Below are positions 38,692 through 52,050 of a stretch of 64,000 nucleotides of DNA, one piece after another (the stretch's first letter is position 1; the number at the start of each line of letters is the position of its first letter). The stretch spans positions 34,970,001 through 35,034,000 of the forward strand of contig CM052818.1 in NCBI GenBank assembly GCA_028534125.1, in the 5' to 3' direction. The translations under genes were made by a program, and so were the position numbers. Source of the DNA: Lama glama (lineage: Eukaryota). The notes under the pieces are model-generated. The model was given only the letters and a program-made list of their open reading frames with translations, did no database searches and was not told the DNA's origin.

Positions 38692-39415
38692 TGTAGTGCT
38701 CAGGGTCCAGTCAGCAGACAAAAGCTACATGGTAATTTAAACAGGGAAGTTATTAAGTTAACTGGTTAATTTATTAACTGTAAGTTAACTGGTTATTAAC
38801 TGGTAACCAGGAATTAACAACTAAAAGGTAAAGATAACACAGAAGAACACAGTAATAACAAATAGGGGGCAACTGCTACCTCTAGGGCTGAGACACTGTG
38901 CCCCGGTAAAGAATAACTTTCAGGGAGTCCCCTCCATGTTCACAGGTTGTGCTCTCCCTGGAGAAGGTGAGGCTCTGGTCCAGTAAGTTCACTGGTGCCA
39001 TAGCCTAGGGTGGCACATAGGAAACCACTTTCTGGGTACTAGAACTTGCTGGAAAGCCTCTTGCTGGGCACTTGTCCAGCTCACTGGGGACCAGCAGAGG
39101 CACCAGCAGAATTTTCTGGGAATCCACCCACAGGCATTTTGTTGAACGTTGCTGAAAGGTTAGTGCCACGAGTAACTCTCATATTGCTGGGGTGCTGCAT
39201 GCCAAGAGAGCAAGCAGGCAAGAGCTCACTAAAACTGGGAAGAAAAGGCCCCTTTCTTTCTTTCTGTGATGCTCTCCCAGCTCTCTACTGACAAAACTTA
39301 ACATTGAGCCAGCTGGCAAAGGAGAAATGTTTATAGGGTCCAGTTCCACTACTACAGAAAAGGGCAAAGAAGGCTGGATTTAGAACTAAAAGTCAATAAA
39401 TTGATAACTGGCACA
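38692..39415 (-). mobile_element. ERVL solo LTR (LTR41-like)
   Basis: TG...CA termini. Reverse complement starts TGTGCCAGTTATCAATTTATTG and contains CATTTCTCCTTTGCCAGCTGGCTC, as recalled for LTR41. Confidence 0.6.
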
Positions 39416-40478
39416 GATGGCTTCATTTGTTTTTCCATAGAATAACTGGAATCATTGACTGATCCCATTTACCACTTATGGTTACTTGATTTCTTTCCAT
39501 CTGCGCCACAGCTAAACTGATACGGTGTTATTGCCTGAATAGGAGGATCTAAGATTTCTTACCTTTACTCAGGACATTGAGCCATCTTTTATCCTCATCT
39601 CTTTATGAAAAAATCTTGACAGTCTTTCAAAAAATCAACTCAGATATTACCTCCACAAAGCTGGTGGCCTTTTCTTTAGTTCAGTGTATCTTCTTCTCTC
39701 TCAGTATTTTTTTTAAAGGAGAATTATCACCTTTTATTTTAATGTTATATAGTAATAGTAAGTAGATTAATACATAATTACTATTAAGTAGTTCCCTTAC
39801 TAGATTAATTTTTTAATTAAGATTTATGATCAGTTTCCTTCAGGAGACTAGACAAATACCTCAAGACTAAAGACAAATGGGACTTCACTATTTTAATTAT
39901 TTATTCATGAAATTACAGAGGAAATAGATAAGAAGTATCATAGCTGTCCTTTTAAATGGGAAATTCAAGTTCTTTATACCTATGATTTAAAAAATGTACA
40001 TGGGAGATAGAATAAGAAAATTTTAGAACTGAGATGACTTTAGAGATTATCTGATTCCAATTCATAATTTTTGATAGAATTAGGCCCCCGAAAGTCAGTG
40101 TCTCCAAATTGGAATTTGTTTTTTCTTGAAATCCTCCCCTATTCTTGTTTTCTTTTGGGCTAAGTTAAAATTTTATTAGTTCAAACTTAGAATATATGTA
40201 ACAAATATATAAATTATGAAACACAATAATAAAAACACTTGTGAAATGACCTTATCACCAGTTCCATTGGAGCTGCCTCTGTGTTTCTACACTATCCCAT
40301 TCATTTCCCTTATTTTGCTGTTTAGAAATCTCAGTACTGTGTTGAGTAAGAATGGTGAGCACATACTTCCCTGCCCACTTGTTCATAAAGAGAGAGCATT
40401 CAGTCATTCACCACTAAGTATGGTATTAGTTGTAGGTTTTTTGTGGATACTCTTTATCAAGGTGAGGAAGTTTCCCTC

Positions 40479-40905
40479 TGTTAGTCTCCTAGGGCTGCTG
40501 TACCAGGTACGAGAAATTGGGGTGACTTTGAACAACAGAAATCGTCTCTCAGGTTCTGGAGGCTAGAAATTGGAAATCAAGTTGTTGGCAGGGTTGGTTC
40601 CTCCTGGAGGCTCTGAGGAAGAATCTGTTCCATGCCCCTCTCCTAGCTTCTTGTGATTGCCTGGAGTTCTGTGGCTTGTATACTCATCACCCTGTTCTCA
40701 GTCTCTGTCCTTACATAGTATTCCTGCTGTGTCCACATTTTCATCTTCCTAGGAGTATACCAGTCATTGGATTAGGGCTACCAGGATGATGTCATCTTAA
40801 CTTAATTACATCTGCAAAGACCCTATTTTCCTAAATAAGGTTACATTCCCAGGAACTTGGGGAGAGGGTATATCTTTTGAGGAGGAGCACATGTCATCCC
40901 AAATG
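40479..40905 (-). mobile_element. MaLR LTR (MLT1B/C-like) nested in L1
   Basis: tgttagtctcctagggctgctgta...aacaacagaaat...gttctggaggctagaa...ttacatctgcaaagaccctatt; L1 sequence continues on both sides. Confidence 0.8.
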
Positions 40906-42926
40906 TCCTCTAATCCAAGTTAGTTTAGAGTTTTTATCATAAATGGGTGTTGGTTTTGTCAAATGCTTCTTATGTGATCAGTTGATAATGTCCATATGAT
41001 TTTTCTTGTTTAGTCTATTCATATGGCAAATTACAGTGATTTGTGAATACTGAGCCATCCCTGTACACCTGAAATAAATCCTTCTTGGTTGTGAAGTAGT
41101 ATATAATTTTTTAACATGTGGCTGCGTTTGGTTTGCTAACATATTGTTGAAGATCTTGTTTTTAAGTTCATGAGATATTGGTCTTTAGTTTTCTAACTTT
41201 TGTACTGCTGTTTGGTTGTAACACTGACCTCATAAAATTAGTTGAGAAGTACTCCCTCTTCTATTTTCTGGAAGATACTGTATAAAATTGATGTTCTTTA
41301 AAATGTTTGGTGAAATTCTCAATTGAAACCATCTGGACTTGGAGATTTCTTTTTCAGTAGCTTTTAAGTAACAAATTTGACTTATTTAATGGTTACAGGA
41401 CTATGCAAATTATCTGTTTCATATTGGTTGAGTTCTGATAGTTTGTGGTCTTTCAGGAATTTATCCATTCTTTCTGAATTGTCAGATTGTACTATATCCT
41501 CATTGTCCTTTTAATGGCTGCAGAATAGTGACACATCTGTTTCAATGCTGATACTGGTGATTTTTATTTTCTCTCCTATTTTTGTCAGTCTTATTATAGG
41601 TTTGTTATTTTTTTCAAAAGACCAGAATTTTGTTTCATTGATTTTTCTCTCTTGTTTTTGTCAATTTTTTAAAAATCATTTTGTGACTCAGGATATGGAC
41701 TGTTTTGATGTATGTAAATGTTCCATGCATGCTTGAAAAGCATGTGTATGTATTTTCTTCTGGTTTTGGGTAGAGTGTTCTGTGAATGTCGGTTAGGTCA
41801 TTTTGGTGAATAGAGTTGTTCAAATCTTCTATATCCTTATTGATTTTCTGTCTACTTGTTTTATTGATTATTGAAGGAAGGATGTTGATGTCTCCAAGTA
41901 TAATTGTACATTTGTTTATTTCTCTTTTCAGTTATTTCAGTTTTTGCTTTATGTATTTTGAATATTTGTTGTTAGGTGCATATTACATCAAGGGCATTAA
42001 GTTTTCTTAGTCAATTGACTCTGTTATCGTTTTTTAATTACCATCTTTATCCCTGGTAATATTCTTTGTTTTGACGTTTATTTGAATACTCAGAATACTT
42101 TTGATTAGTGTTTGTGTGGTATGTATTTTTTCCATTCTTTTAACTTACTTTTTATATATAAAGTAAAGTTTTGATGGACAACATGTCATTTTTTAATCCA
42201 GTCTGGATGATCACTGATATGATTAGATTTAGTCTACCACTTTATTTATTTTGTGTTTTTCCTTTTTGTTTTTTAATTCACTGTACCCCTCTCTACTGCC
42301 TTCTTTTGAATTATTTGTTTTGCAAAACCTTACTACTGTTTAGGTCTCTTCATCCATTCCCTTTATGTTATAGCTGTCGTATATGTTACATCTTGTACAT
42401 GGACTGCCCCACCAGACAACATTACTAATTTTGCTCTGCAGCCATATATAGCTGAAAGACTGACTACATTTACCCATATGTTTACCATTTCTTTTGTTCT
42501 TCTTGCTTCCTTGAAGGTCCACATTTCCCTCTAGTACTGTTTCCCTTCAGCGTGAAGAACTTTCCTTCCAGTATTTCTTTTAGAGAAGATCTGCTGGTGA
42601 TGATTTCTCTTAGTTTTCCTTCATCTGAGAATGTATTTTGTTTGTTTGCTTGCTTGCCTTACTTTGAAGGTTTTTTTTTTTCTGGGTATAGAATTTGGTG
42701 TTGATAGTTCTTATTTTTCAGTGCTTTAAATATGTTGCTCCAACTGCCTTTTGGCCTCTAAGGTTTTTGATGAGAAATACCTGGTTGGTTGAATCATTGT
42801 TCTTCTATAAGTAATACATTGTTTTGTCTGGTTGCTTTCAAGATAATTTCTTTACTGCTTAGTTTTCAGCAGTTTGATTTTTAATATGTCCAGGTGTGGA
42901 TTTCTTTGTGTTTAATCTGTTCAGCA

Positions 42927-43093
42927 GAGGGAGGGTATAGATGAGTGGTAGACTGAGTGCTTAGCATGCATGCATGAGGCCCTGGGTTCAATCTTCAGTA
43001 CCTCCAGTTAAATATATTTGTGTATATATAAAATAAAAATCAATAAAATAAACCTAATGACCCCCCCAAAAAAGTAAAAAAAAAAAGTTTAAA
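42927..43093 (+). mobile_element. tRNA-derived camelid-type SINE
   Basis: gagggtatagatgagtggtaga...ctgggttcaatc...aaataaacctaatgaccccccc-A tail. TSD taatctgtt(c/t)agca at 42913-42926 and 43094-43107. Confidence 0.88.
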
Positions 43094-44121
43094 TAATCTG
43101 TTTAGCATTCACTTATCTTCTTGAATCTGTAGCTTTATATCTTTTGCCAAATTTGGCAAGTTTTCAGCCATTCTTCAAATATTTTTTTCTTCACCACATT
43201 CTTTCTCTTCTACCAACATTGTGATTACCTCTGGGTATTTTACCGTAGTTCCCTGAGTTGCTGCTCATTTTTTTTGCAACCTTTTTCTGTCTGTCTTTCA
43301 TATTGGATTGATTCTGTTGCTGTATTGTCACATCCCCTGACACTTTTCTTTGTCTTTTAAATTCAGCTATTGAGCCCATCCAGTGAGATTTTTTATTTCT
43401 GATGTTATACCTTTTAATTCCAAAATTTCTGTTTCATTCTTTGTTTATGGTTTCTCTCTCTGCTGAAAACTTCTGTCGTCCCATTAACTTCATTTATCTT
43501 TACTTCATGGAGTATAATATTAACGAATGCTTTATATTTTTGTCTGAAAAATCTAACATCTGGATAATCTCAGATTGGCAACTGTTGATTGTCTTTCCCT
43601 TGAGAATTTGTCACATTTTCCTTGATCTTTGTTTATTGATAAATTTAAGGTTGTATTCTGGGTTTTTGAATATTGTGTTGTGTTTAGTCTCTGTTTTTCT
43701 GTTAAAAACTTCTGGGGAATGATAATTTCTATCTCTTTTTTAAGTAGGTAGCCCAACTGTTCTGTCTTACCTTCTGTAGGTGTTAGTCATGTTAGTTCAA
43801 TAATTAGTTCAGTTTTCAAAGCCTGTGCTCTGCTGTTTTGGATCTGTACTATGCATGTGCCACTCAGGTTTAGTCTGAGATGTGAGCAGTGATTCAGTTT
43901 TCAGAGCCTTTGCTGTGTTGTTTGGGAATGTCCTAAGTATGCAGAGCTCAGGGTCTTGTGTGGAAATTAGGGGATTCCTTTCTCTAGTTCTCTTCTTTTG
44001 GGAATCCCTCCTCGTACCCTCCCCCTCTTAGAATTTTATTTGTCCCCTGCAGTAGTACATCTCCTCAGCTAGGGCCTACTTTTTAGTCAAAATGGTGAGG
44101 AAAAAACCGTAGAAAACTCAC

Positions 44122-44725
44122 TCAGAGTTTAGCCAACTCTGAAATTAGAGGGTAGATTCCACACGACTGCCTTCACTTATTAGACCAACTGCATAGTTGA
44201 GGGTTTTTAAGACTACTCTCATGGCTTGATAATTTGCTGAAAGTACTTGGATAACTCACTGAAAACTGTTAAACTCCTGGTTTTGGAAAGGATATAGATT
44301 AAGGTTTACTCAAGGGAAGAGACAAATAAGGTAGCGTCAAGATATAGTACCTAACACAGAGCGCCCAGTCATTCTTTCCCCATGACTTAGGACAGTGTTA
44401 ATTCTCAACATCAGGATGTGACAGTAAGCACAGAATATAGCCAACCAAGGAAGCTCACTTGAGCCTTGGTGTCCATAGTTTTTACCGGGGGTACATCATG
44501 TAGGCAGGATTCAATTTTCAGTGTCTAGCCTCTCTAGTGGTCAACTGATAATCATGTGACTCAAGCCCCCACGTAAATCACATTGTTGGTGTGTCTCAAA
44601 GCCCCACTCCCCGTTACAATGTTACTATCTGGCTGGTCCAAGACCCTCATAGGGCCTAGCGATTATCTCTTAGAAGCCAAGGGCAAGGCCAGACTTTCTA
44701 TGGTAAAAGTAAACTCTTTACTACA
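44122..44725. mobile_element. MER21-like ERV LTR
   Basis: aactcactgaaaactgtta...gccaaccaaggaagctcacttgagccttggtgtccatagtttt...gggcaaggccagac...ctttactaca. Confidence 0.6.
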
Positions 44726-44799
44726 TACTTCTATATGAGTCAGATTTTGACTTCCAATATGCCAGCTTTCTTAATTTTCAGTGTTTTAAGTAGCTGCTT

Positions 44800-45285
44800 T
44801 TAAAAAATGGACATAGTCTTAAAAGTCAACATTTTAGGGCATATAGCTCAGTGTTTTTTGTTTTTTTTTAAAGATATTCTCACCTAAAACATTTTCATCG
44901 CTTCCTGAAGAAACCCTGTACTCATTAGCTGCCTCTCCCCTTCTTTGTCCCCGACAACCTTCCCCATGTCCCAGCCCTAGGCAACCACTAATGTACTTTC
45001 TATCTCCATGGATTTGCCAGTTTTGGATATTTCAAGGAATGGAGTCATACAATATGTGGTCTTTTGTGACTGGCTTCTTTCACATGTTATAATGATTTGA
45101 AGGCTCATTCATGTTGTAGCATTTATCAGTACTTCATTTCTTTATTGCTGAGTAATATTCAATTGTATTCCAAATGGCACATTTTGTTCACCCATTCATC
45201 CTTTGTTGGACATTTGGTTGTTTCCGCTTTTTGGCTATTATGGATAATGTTGCTATGACCATTCATGTACAAGTTTTGTGTGGGA
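44800..45285 (-). mobile_element. L1MB-like 3' end
   Basis: cccagccctaggcaaccactaatgtactttctatctccatggatttgcc...ggagtcatacaatatgtggtcttttgtgactggc. Confidence 0.75.
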
Positions 45286-48085
45286 AGTTGCTCTGTATTT
45301 TTGACCACAGTGTTTTGTTGTAACTAGCCAGAGAGAGAGGGGGAGAGAGATGCTGTTGTCGGCCTGCTCTGTCTTTACCAGCACCAGAAGTCCTAGTCAG
45401 TTTTAAATCTTGAAATTGAATTGATCTTTAAATTCTAGGAAACTTCATGAGTAACCCACAAATTTTAAGTCAGAATCATTGAGTTTTTCATTGACTTAGA
45501 ATAGAATTCTAAATTTTGGTGTAAATGTTGCTTTCCAGTCATTTTTAAATTACGGTAAGGGGAGGTAATCACAAATAGTTGAGTGTAGGCCATTTAACAT
45601 AGGTGTCTTATAACTAGGTGTTTGGAACCTCACTGTTGACTAGTTCCTTAATTGGAGCATGGTTTTTCTACCAAATAAGTAAGTGGATGTGACTAGAACA
45701 CAGCAGACCAGTGTGAATCCATTGGCATGGTTAAATGTTTAATAAGCATTGCTCTCTCCAAATGTATAATCAGTCCCCAAAATGGAAATAATAAACCTAC
45801 CCCAAACACATTTATACCTGATAATTACGAGATGGTATATAGTCTGATATATATTTTAGATAAATATAATTTATAAAAAATGGATTATAGCAGTTAGAAG
45901 TTGAAGGGATTAAGGAGAGTAATAAAGAGGCTGCCCCTTATGTAATATATGGTGGTGGTTTGGATTAGGGTGAAGATAAGCAGGGCTGCAGAGAATAGAC
46001 AGATTTGAGATAATGTTTCAGGACTTGCTGATGGATTGGATGTTGAAGGTGTAAGGGAGGAGGAAGTGGAAAATTGTTTTCTAGACTTCCTGATTGAACA
46101 GCTGCCACTTACCATAGGGAAGAACTGAGAAACTGGGAAATTGAAAAGGGTTGATGAGTAAAGAATTCATGGAGAATATTAATGTTCTGAACCTCATGAG
46201 GGGTGAGGGGGGTATTCAAGTATGGGGAATGGTTTTGTTATACATGTTAGGACAGCAATGAAAAGGTAGCAATGATCTGGAGCTATAGTGTAGGTATCTG
46301 TTTTCCAATAATACCTAATACCTGCTTAGCTTTTAAATTAGGTTGCTCATTACTTATTTGTCACCTGTGAAACAAGTCAGGCAGTATTTAAAAGCATTGG
46401 TGTTTTACAGAAAAAGACCTGGAAGAGAAGTTAAGTGCTAATTATATAGTTGTAATGGCAGATTTGGGGACAAGCAGATGACTTGGATGTGCATTCCTTA
46501 GAAATGAAGTTTATTTAGTTCTATTACAACATTATGCCCCTGATTAATAATACCCCCAAATGGGTAATCTCTTTTGCATTCCTCATCCTTCCCCAATCTG
46601 TTTTCCAAACCAGTTACATTATTTCAGTCATAGAATGTTATAGTTGGAAACGATGATTGGGTTATTATAGTTATACCTCATTTTATTATTGAAGAATTAA
46701 GGCCCATGGAGGTTGAAACTTGGCCAGGATTGTGTAACTTGCTCAGTGAAAGTAGAAACTCGGGCTTACTGCTTACTTCTGTTTTTTTCAGTACATACTG
46801 CCCTACATCTATAGTCTCCCTACTCTTCTGATTAGTATATTTGCTCCATTATTTTTCAAATAAAACTTATACCATGTGCTAACATGTAACAACATTAGGT
46901 TAGGTGCTGTCTAACTATAAATTGCTTTCTGGAAGAATTTGAAATAAAAACCCCAGCCATTTTATAATAACTTGGCTTCTGAAGGGCCAGTACATTTTTA
47001 ATGAACTTATTCTAATGGAACATTTAAATAGATCTTTATATTGTTGTCTTACAGAGCTCAAATTGTTATCTAGCAGAGAGTTTTTCTTATGCTTCAGTCT
47101 TGTATCCCAAGCAGGGTCCTTTACAGTTGCAGTTGTAAAGATCTGGGAACCGCCTAGCAAAGATCATGCTCAGATTGAAATTTTACCTCTTTGGAGAAGC
47201 CCTGATTGTATCTGTATTAAATGCATTTACTTATGAACAGAATAATCTCCCTCACATGGTATTTAAGTATGTTTTAGCTCACCTCATACCGAAAACTAAC
47301 CTGATTAACTAACTTTTCCCTCATCTCTTCTTAAGTAAAAGTATATAGCAAGGGAACTAAAGTCAACATTCTGTTACTGCTTTTCAGCAGAAATCATCCC
47401 TATAGACCACATCATTTGACTGTTTGCCAGGCTGAATTGCCTTGAGGTATTCTCACTAGAAAGATTAAATTGATACCATATTTATCTAAGGTTGACTGAT
47501 ACCTTTGAATTTGGCCTGCATTTTCTTTATCTGCTAGTTACAGTTTGCTTTCAAGCCCACAAACCTTGTTGGGGTGTCAAAAGGAATTAATTAGGAAAAA
47601 ACAACACAGAATGCTTGGATATTGACAGAAAAGAGTATGCTTATCTGTTGTTTTTCAGCTTCATAATGAGTTCCATTATGGATCAAAGGGAACCTTAGAG
47701 TCTATAGCTGATGGCTTTATGATGGCTCCTTGAAATTGAAATGCATGGGAAGAATATTAAAGAATGGGGAATATTTATGGTATCCACACTTTAAACTACT
47801 GTAATAGTTTTACTCTGCCAAATAATTAAGATATGGCAATTGCTATCTGAAGTGGTTTAGACTGTTTAGTTGTTGTATTTTAAGACACTGATATTTGGGG
47901 CAACTTTTAAATTCTAAAGAGGAAATTAATGTTTTATGTAGCAAAGTGGAGGGTGGGTACTAATTTGAAGATTTTGGATATTGGTGGGAGGGGAAGGGAG
48001 AGTTTATTGTGCTTTGTGAAGAAAAATTAAAAGTTCTTTTTTTTTCCCCCTCCTTTCATTTTCTTGGGGTGCATTCCAACTTCAG

Positions 48086-48088
48086 AAG
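48086..48088 (+). CDS. ASXL2: ASXL2 exon 3, 3-nt microexon (AAG)
   Basis: Pyrimidine tract 48034-48065, acceptor ttcAG (48084-85), exon AAG, donor GTAAGA (48089). Gives AG|A AG|T = Arg-Ser, restoring the known ...KEIRSGTS... sequence. A 3-nt third exon is known for ASXL1/ASXL2. Confidence 0.9.
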
Positions 48089-49399
48089 GTAAGAATTTAT
48101 TCTCAAGAAGTATTATACATTTATAAAGCATTCTTTTACAAGTTTAATTGAACTTACCTTTGGATGCATGATTTTTACTTTATAAAACTAAATAATTAGT
48201 CTAAAAACTTAATTAAGATTAATATTACTATGTAAATGTTTATATGTACCTTTTTTTTGTTCTTGCAGTTTATAATAATCATTGTTTGGTCATACTTTTA
48301 GAAACCCAGTCTACATTTAGTTTTATTAAAATCATTTTGACTTACTAACATTGGGATACCTAGTATTCAGCAGATTAGTAATGAAAATAATGTAGAGATT
48401 GGAAATGCGTGAACTAATACTTCCTGTGTGGCTATAAGATAGAAAATATATATATTTATGCTCTTACTGATTTATAGAGAATATTGGTAAACCCTTGAAG
48501 GGAATGTCATTTATTTAAAACCAGGCCCAGAACAGGTTAAAATTCATGGTCTTTACCAAATTGGCCTTTTGTCTGTGTTGACATAACATTTTAGACATAA
48601 TTCTGTTAAATACTTTCCATATTATATTATAATCGCTTATTATTATTATCTCATTTGCCTGTCAGACTTGACAGTAGGAACCATATGCATGTGTTTTCAT
48701 TTCACTTGGACATGCTTGGCTTCTTTCTAGTTAGAGCTTAATAAATCTTTTTAACTCCAGTTAAATTTACATCCATTAAGTTCATTTACAAGAACCTATT
48801 CATTTTTTCGACTATCAGTTTATGGAGGAAACCTTAATTCAGGTTGTACAAACAGTTAAAACTGTCATTTAAAAAATTATAAACTGGGTAAGAAAAAATA
48901 TTTTTGAGGTGGGTTTATATTTAATTAGTTTCTTTAGGTATGAATAATAGAAACCAAATGTGAATAACTTAAGCAAAATGAGATTTATTTGAAGAATGTG
49001 GGATAGCTCACAGGCTCAAAGGAAGGAAACAGGCTCTGAAATTAAGAGAACTATGGCAGCTGCAGAGATTGGATCACTTGAACTAATGGGTGGGCTCATC
49101 AGGGCATTCCAGCTGAGATGAATTAGTCTATGTCTATACTGCTCAAGGTTAAAATTCAAGAAAGAGTGAATTTGGGTGGCCCATTGTCCAGAGATGGTGA
49201 GACATCTTGATGGACAGTCCTACAAAGACTGTTTTCAGTGGAGTAAGGCATAGTTCCCCATAGCAAGATTGCACATTCTTTCCAGAGGAAGAAAGATTAT
49301 ATATTGACCAGGCGGAAACTGCAGATGTCCACTACATTGCTTACTGTAGAAGATACGAGTACAACAGAAAAACATAAGCCACAAGCAGTTGTAAGAAAT

Positions 49400-52050
49400 A
49401 ACCCTTTGTGTATTCTCCCAAAGGTAACATTGTGCAGTACCACAGGACAGTATCACAACCAGAATATTGCTTTTGATACAATCTGCCTGGTTTTACTTGT
49501 ATTCATTTGTGTGTGTGTAAGTATGTGCATGTGTGGAGGTGTATTTGGCTCTGTGCAGTTTTATCCACACGTATAGATTCATATGTCTACTACCACAGTC
49601 AAAACAGAACAGTTCCATCAACAAGAAGATCCCTTGTATTGCCATTTCATAGTCACACCTAACTCTGTAGTGCCACCTTTTCTCATTCCCCTCATCCCTG
49701 GAAACCACTAATCTGTTCTGCATTTCTGTAATTATGTCATTTCAAGAATTTATGTTGATGCAATCATGTACAGTGTGTAACCATTCGGGATTGGCTTTTT
49801 TTTTCAATGTAATTCCCTGTAGAGTGGTCTAAGTGCTTGTATGTGTCAGTATTTCACTCCTTTTTATTGCTAAGTAGTATTTTACAACACAGATATACCC
49901 CACTCACGGACATATCATTCACCCACTGAAGGTCATCTGGATTGTTTCCGGTTTTGGGCTATTACAAGTAAAGTTTCTATGAAAATTTGTGTACATGTTT
50001 TTATGTAGACATACATTTTCCTTTGTCTGGGATAAATGCCCAGAAGAGCGGTTGGTGAGTGATAGGTGCATGTTTAGTTTTAAAGAAACTTCCACACTAT
50101 TTTCCAGGTGATTGTACCGTTTTATTTATAGTCCCACCAATAATATACGAGTGATCTAGTTTCTCTTAATTTGAAATTAATTTCTTATAAAGAGCATATA
50201 GCTGTGTGTGTGTATGTTTTAATTCACTCTGCCAGTCTTTGCCTTTTAATTTATGTATTTACACCATTTACCCTTTAAGTAATTATTGATATGTTGGAGT
50301 TTGTGTCTTCCATTTTATTATTTGTTTTGTTTCCTCTGTTTCTCTTTTCTTGCCTTCCTATGAATTCCATATGGGTTTATTTATAGTGCATTTTTTTGTA
50401 TCTGTACATAGTTTTCTTTATCACAGTCTACTGGTATCAGCATTTTACCACCTTGAGTGAAGTGTGGGAACTTCATTATTCCATTTAAGTTCTTATCAGA
50501 TGCTATTATAATTTTTTGTTCCAGTCATCAAATCTAAGTTTAAAAACTCATGAGAAGAGGATAGTCTGTTGTATGTACCCATATTCCTGCTCCTTCTGTT
50601 TTCTTCTTGATGCTCTGGTATTCTTTCTTTTATCATTTCCTTTCTGTTTGAAGAACTTCCTTTAGTCATTCTTTGAGTAGGTTCTGTTAGCAACACATTC
50701 CTTTAGTTTAGTTTTACTTTGTCTGAGACTGTCTTTATTTCTCCTTTGTTTCTGGAGAGATTTCATCAGATATAGAATTTACAATTGACAGTTGATTTTG
50801 ATCAGCACTTGCAAGACGTTGTGCCACTTCCTTCTGGTCTCTGTGGTTTCAGATGAGAAATCTGCTGTCATTTGAATTAGTGTTTCCCTGTGGGTAATGT
50901 GTTGTTTCTCTCTGACCACTTTCAGGACTTTAAAAAAATTTGCTGTTTAGAAATTTAATTATGATTTGTCTTGGTGCTGGACTTCTTTAATTTTATCTTA
51001 TTTATTAGATTCACTGAGTTTCTTGTGTATGTAGGTTTATTTTTCACCAAATAAGAGTTTTTCAGCCGTTAATTCTTTGAATACTCTTCTTCTCCTTTCC
51101 TTTTGTGACTCTAATGATACGAACTTTGAATCTTTTGTTTCATCCCACAACTCCCTGAGGGTCAGTTAAATTTTTTTGTTGTTATATTCTCCCTGTTGTT
51201 CACAGTGGGTAAATTTTATTGATCTGTCATTAAGGTCATTGATTGTATCCACTGTCATCTCCATTCTACTGTTGAGCCCGTCTAGAAAATTTTTACGTTT
51301 CTTGCTGTACTTCTCAGTTCTGTATCTTCTATTCACTTCTTTTCCTCACTTCAATTTCCTTGCTGATATTTGCTGTATTTTCATTTGTTTCAAGACAATT
51401 TATAAGTGTTTATTGAAGCATTTTATGACAGCTTTTATAAAAACCTTGTAATTTGAACATCTGTTGCAGTGTTGGTGTCAGTAGATTGTCTTTTCTCATT
51501 CAGGTTGTGATTTTCCTGGTGTTTGGGTATGAAGGGTGATTCTTCTATTGAATACTGGATATTTTAGCTATTATGTTAGAAGTTGGGTGCTATTAAATTT
51601 AAATATTTTATCTAAACAGGCGTTCACACTGCTTGGGTTTACTATGTTAAGTCCTGGATTTCTTTGGTGGACTGTGGTTCAATAACATTTAATTTTCAAA
51701 GCCTTTGCTGTGTTATTTTAGTTTTCTTGTTTTATCTGGTGGCACAGAGGCTCCCAACGATCTCTGCTGCTGCTTTCTGAGAAGATGGAAGGGGTTTCCA
51801 CAGACCAGGCTGCCCGATGCCTCTAGATGTAGGGAAAAGGGAGTCTCCCACTTATGGGGACAGAGAGGCTTCCTGTGCCAGATGCTTGTGATGGGACACC
51901 TCTCCACACCCCCGGCTGCTAGCACCACTGGGCTGCTTAGCATCTCAGGGGAGAGAACGAGTAGTCCCAGGCCCATGAGGGTGAAGAAATTTCCTGGACT
52001 GGGCTGCTTCTTGTGGTCTGATCCCACCTCCTGGTGTCACCTTGCCTCCT
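49400..52050 (-). mobile_element. old L1M fragments (3' UTR followed by ORF1/5' region)
   Basis: taccacagtcaaaacagaacagttccatca...ggaaaccactaatctgttct; ttcagatgagaaatctgctgtcatt; boundaries approximate. Confidence 0.65.

Larger units (their letters stand above)
40300..44110 (-). mobile_element. old L1M (ORF2, ORF1 and 5' region), multiply interrupted
   Basis: Minus ORF 41635-41823 (NSIHQNDLTDIHRTLYPKPEE..FSSMHGTF) is an L1 endonuclease motif; ORF1-like pieces lie at 43191-43379. Confidence 0.78.

Noticed and set aside
38750..38815. Short repeated ttaactggt units
   Set aside because: Local slippage duplications inside an LTR; no regular repeat-spacer array.
44836..44853. agggcatatagctcagtg resembling a SINE/tRNA A-box
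   Set aside because: No B-box or tail; context fits the antisense L1 3' terminus.
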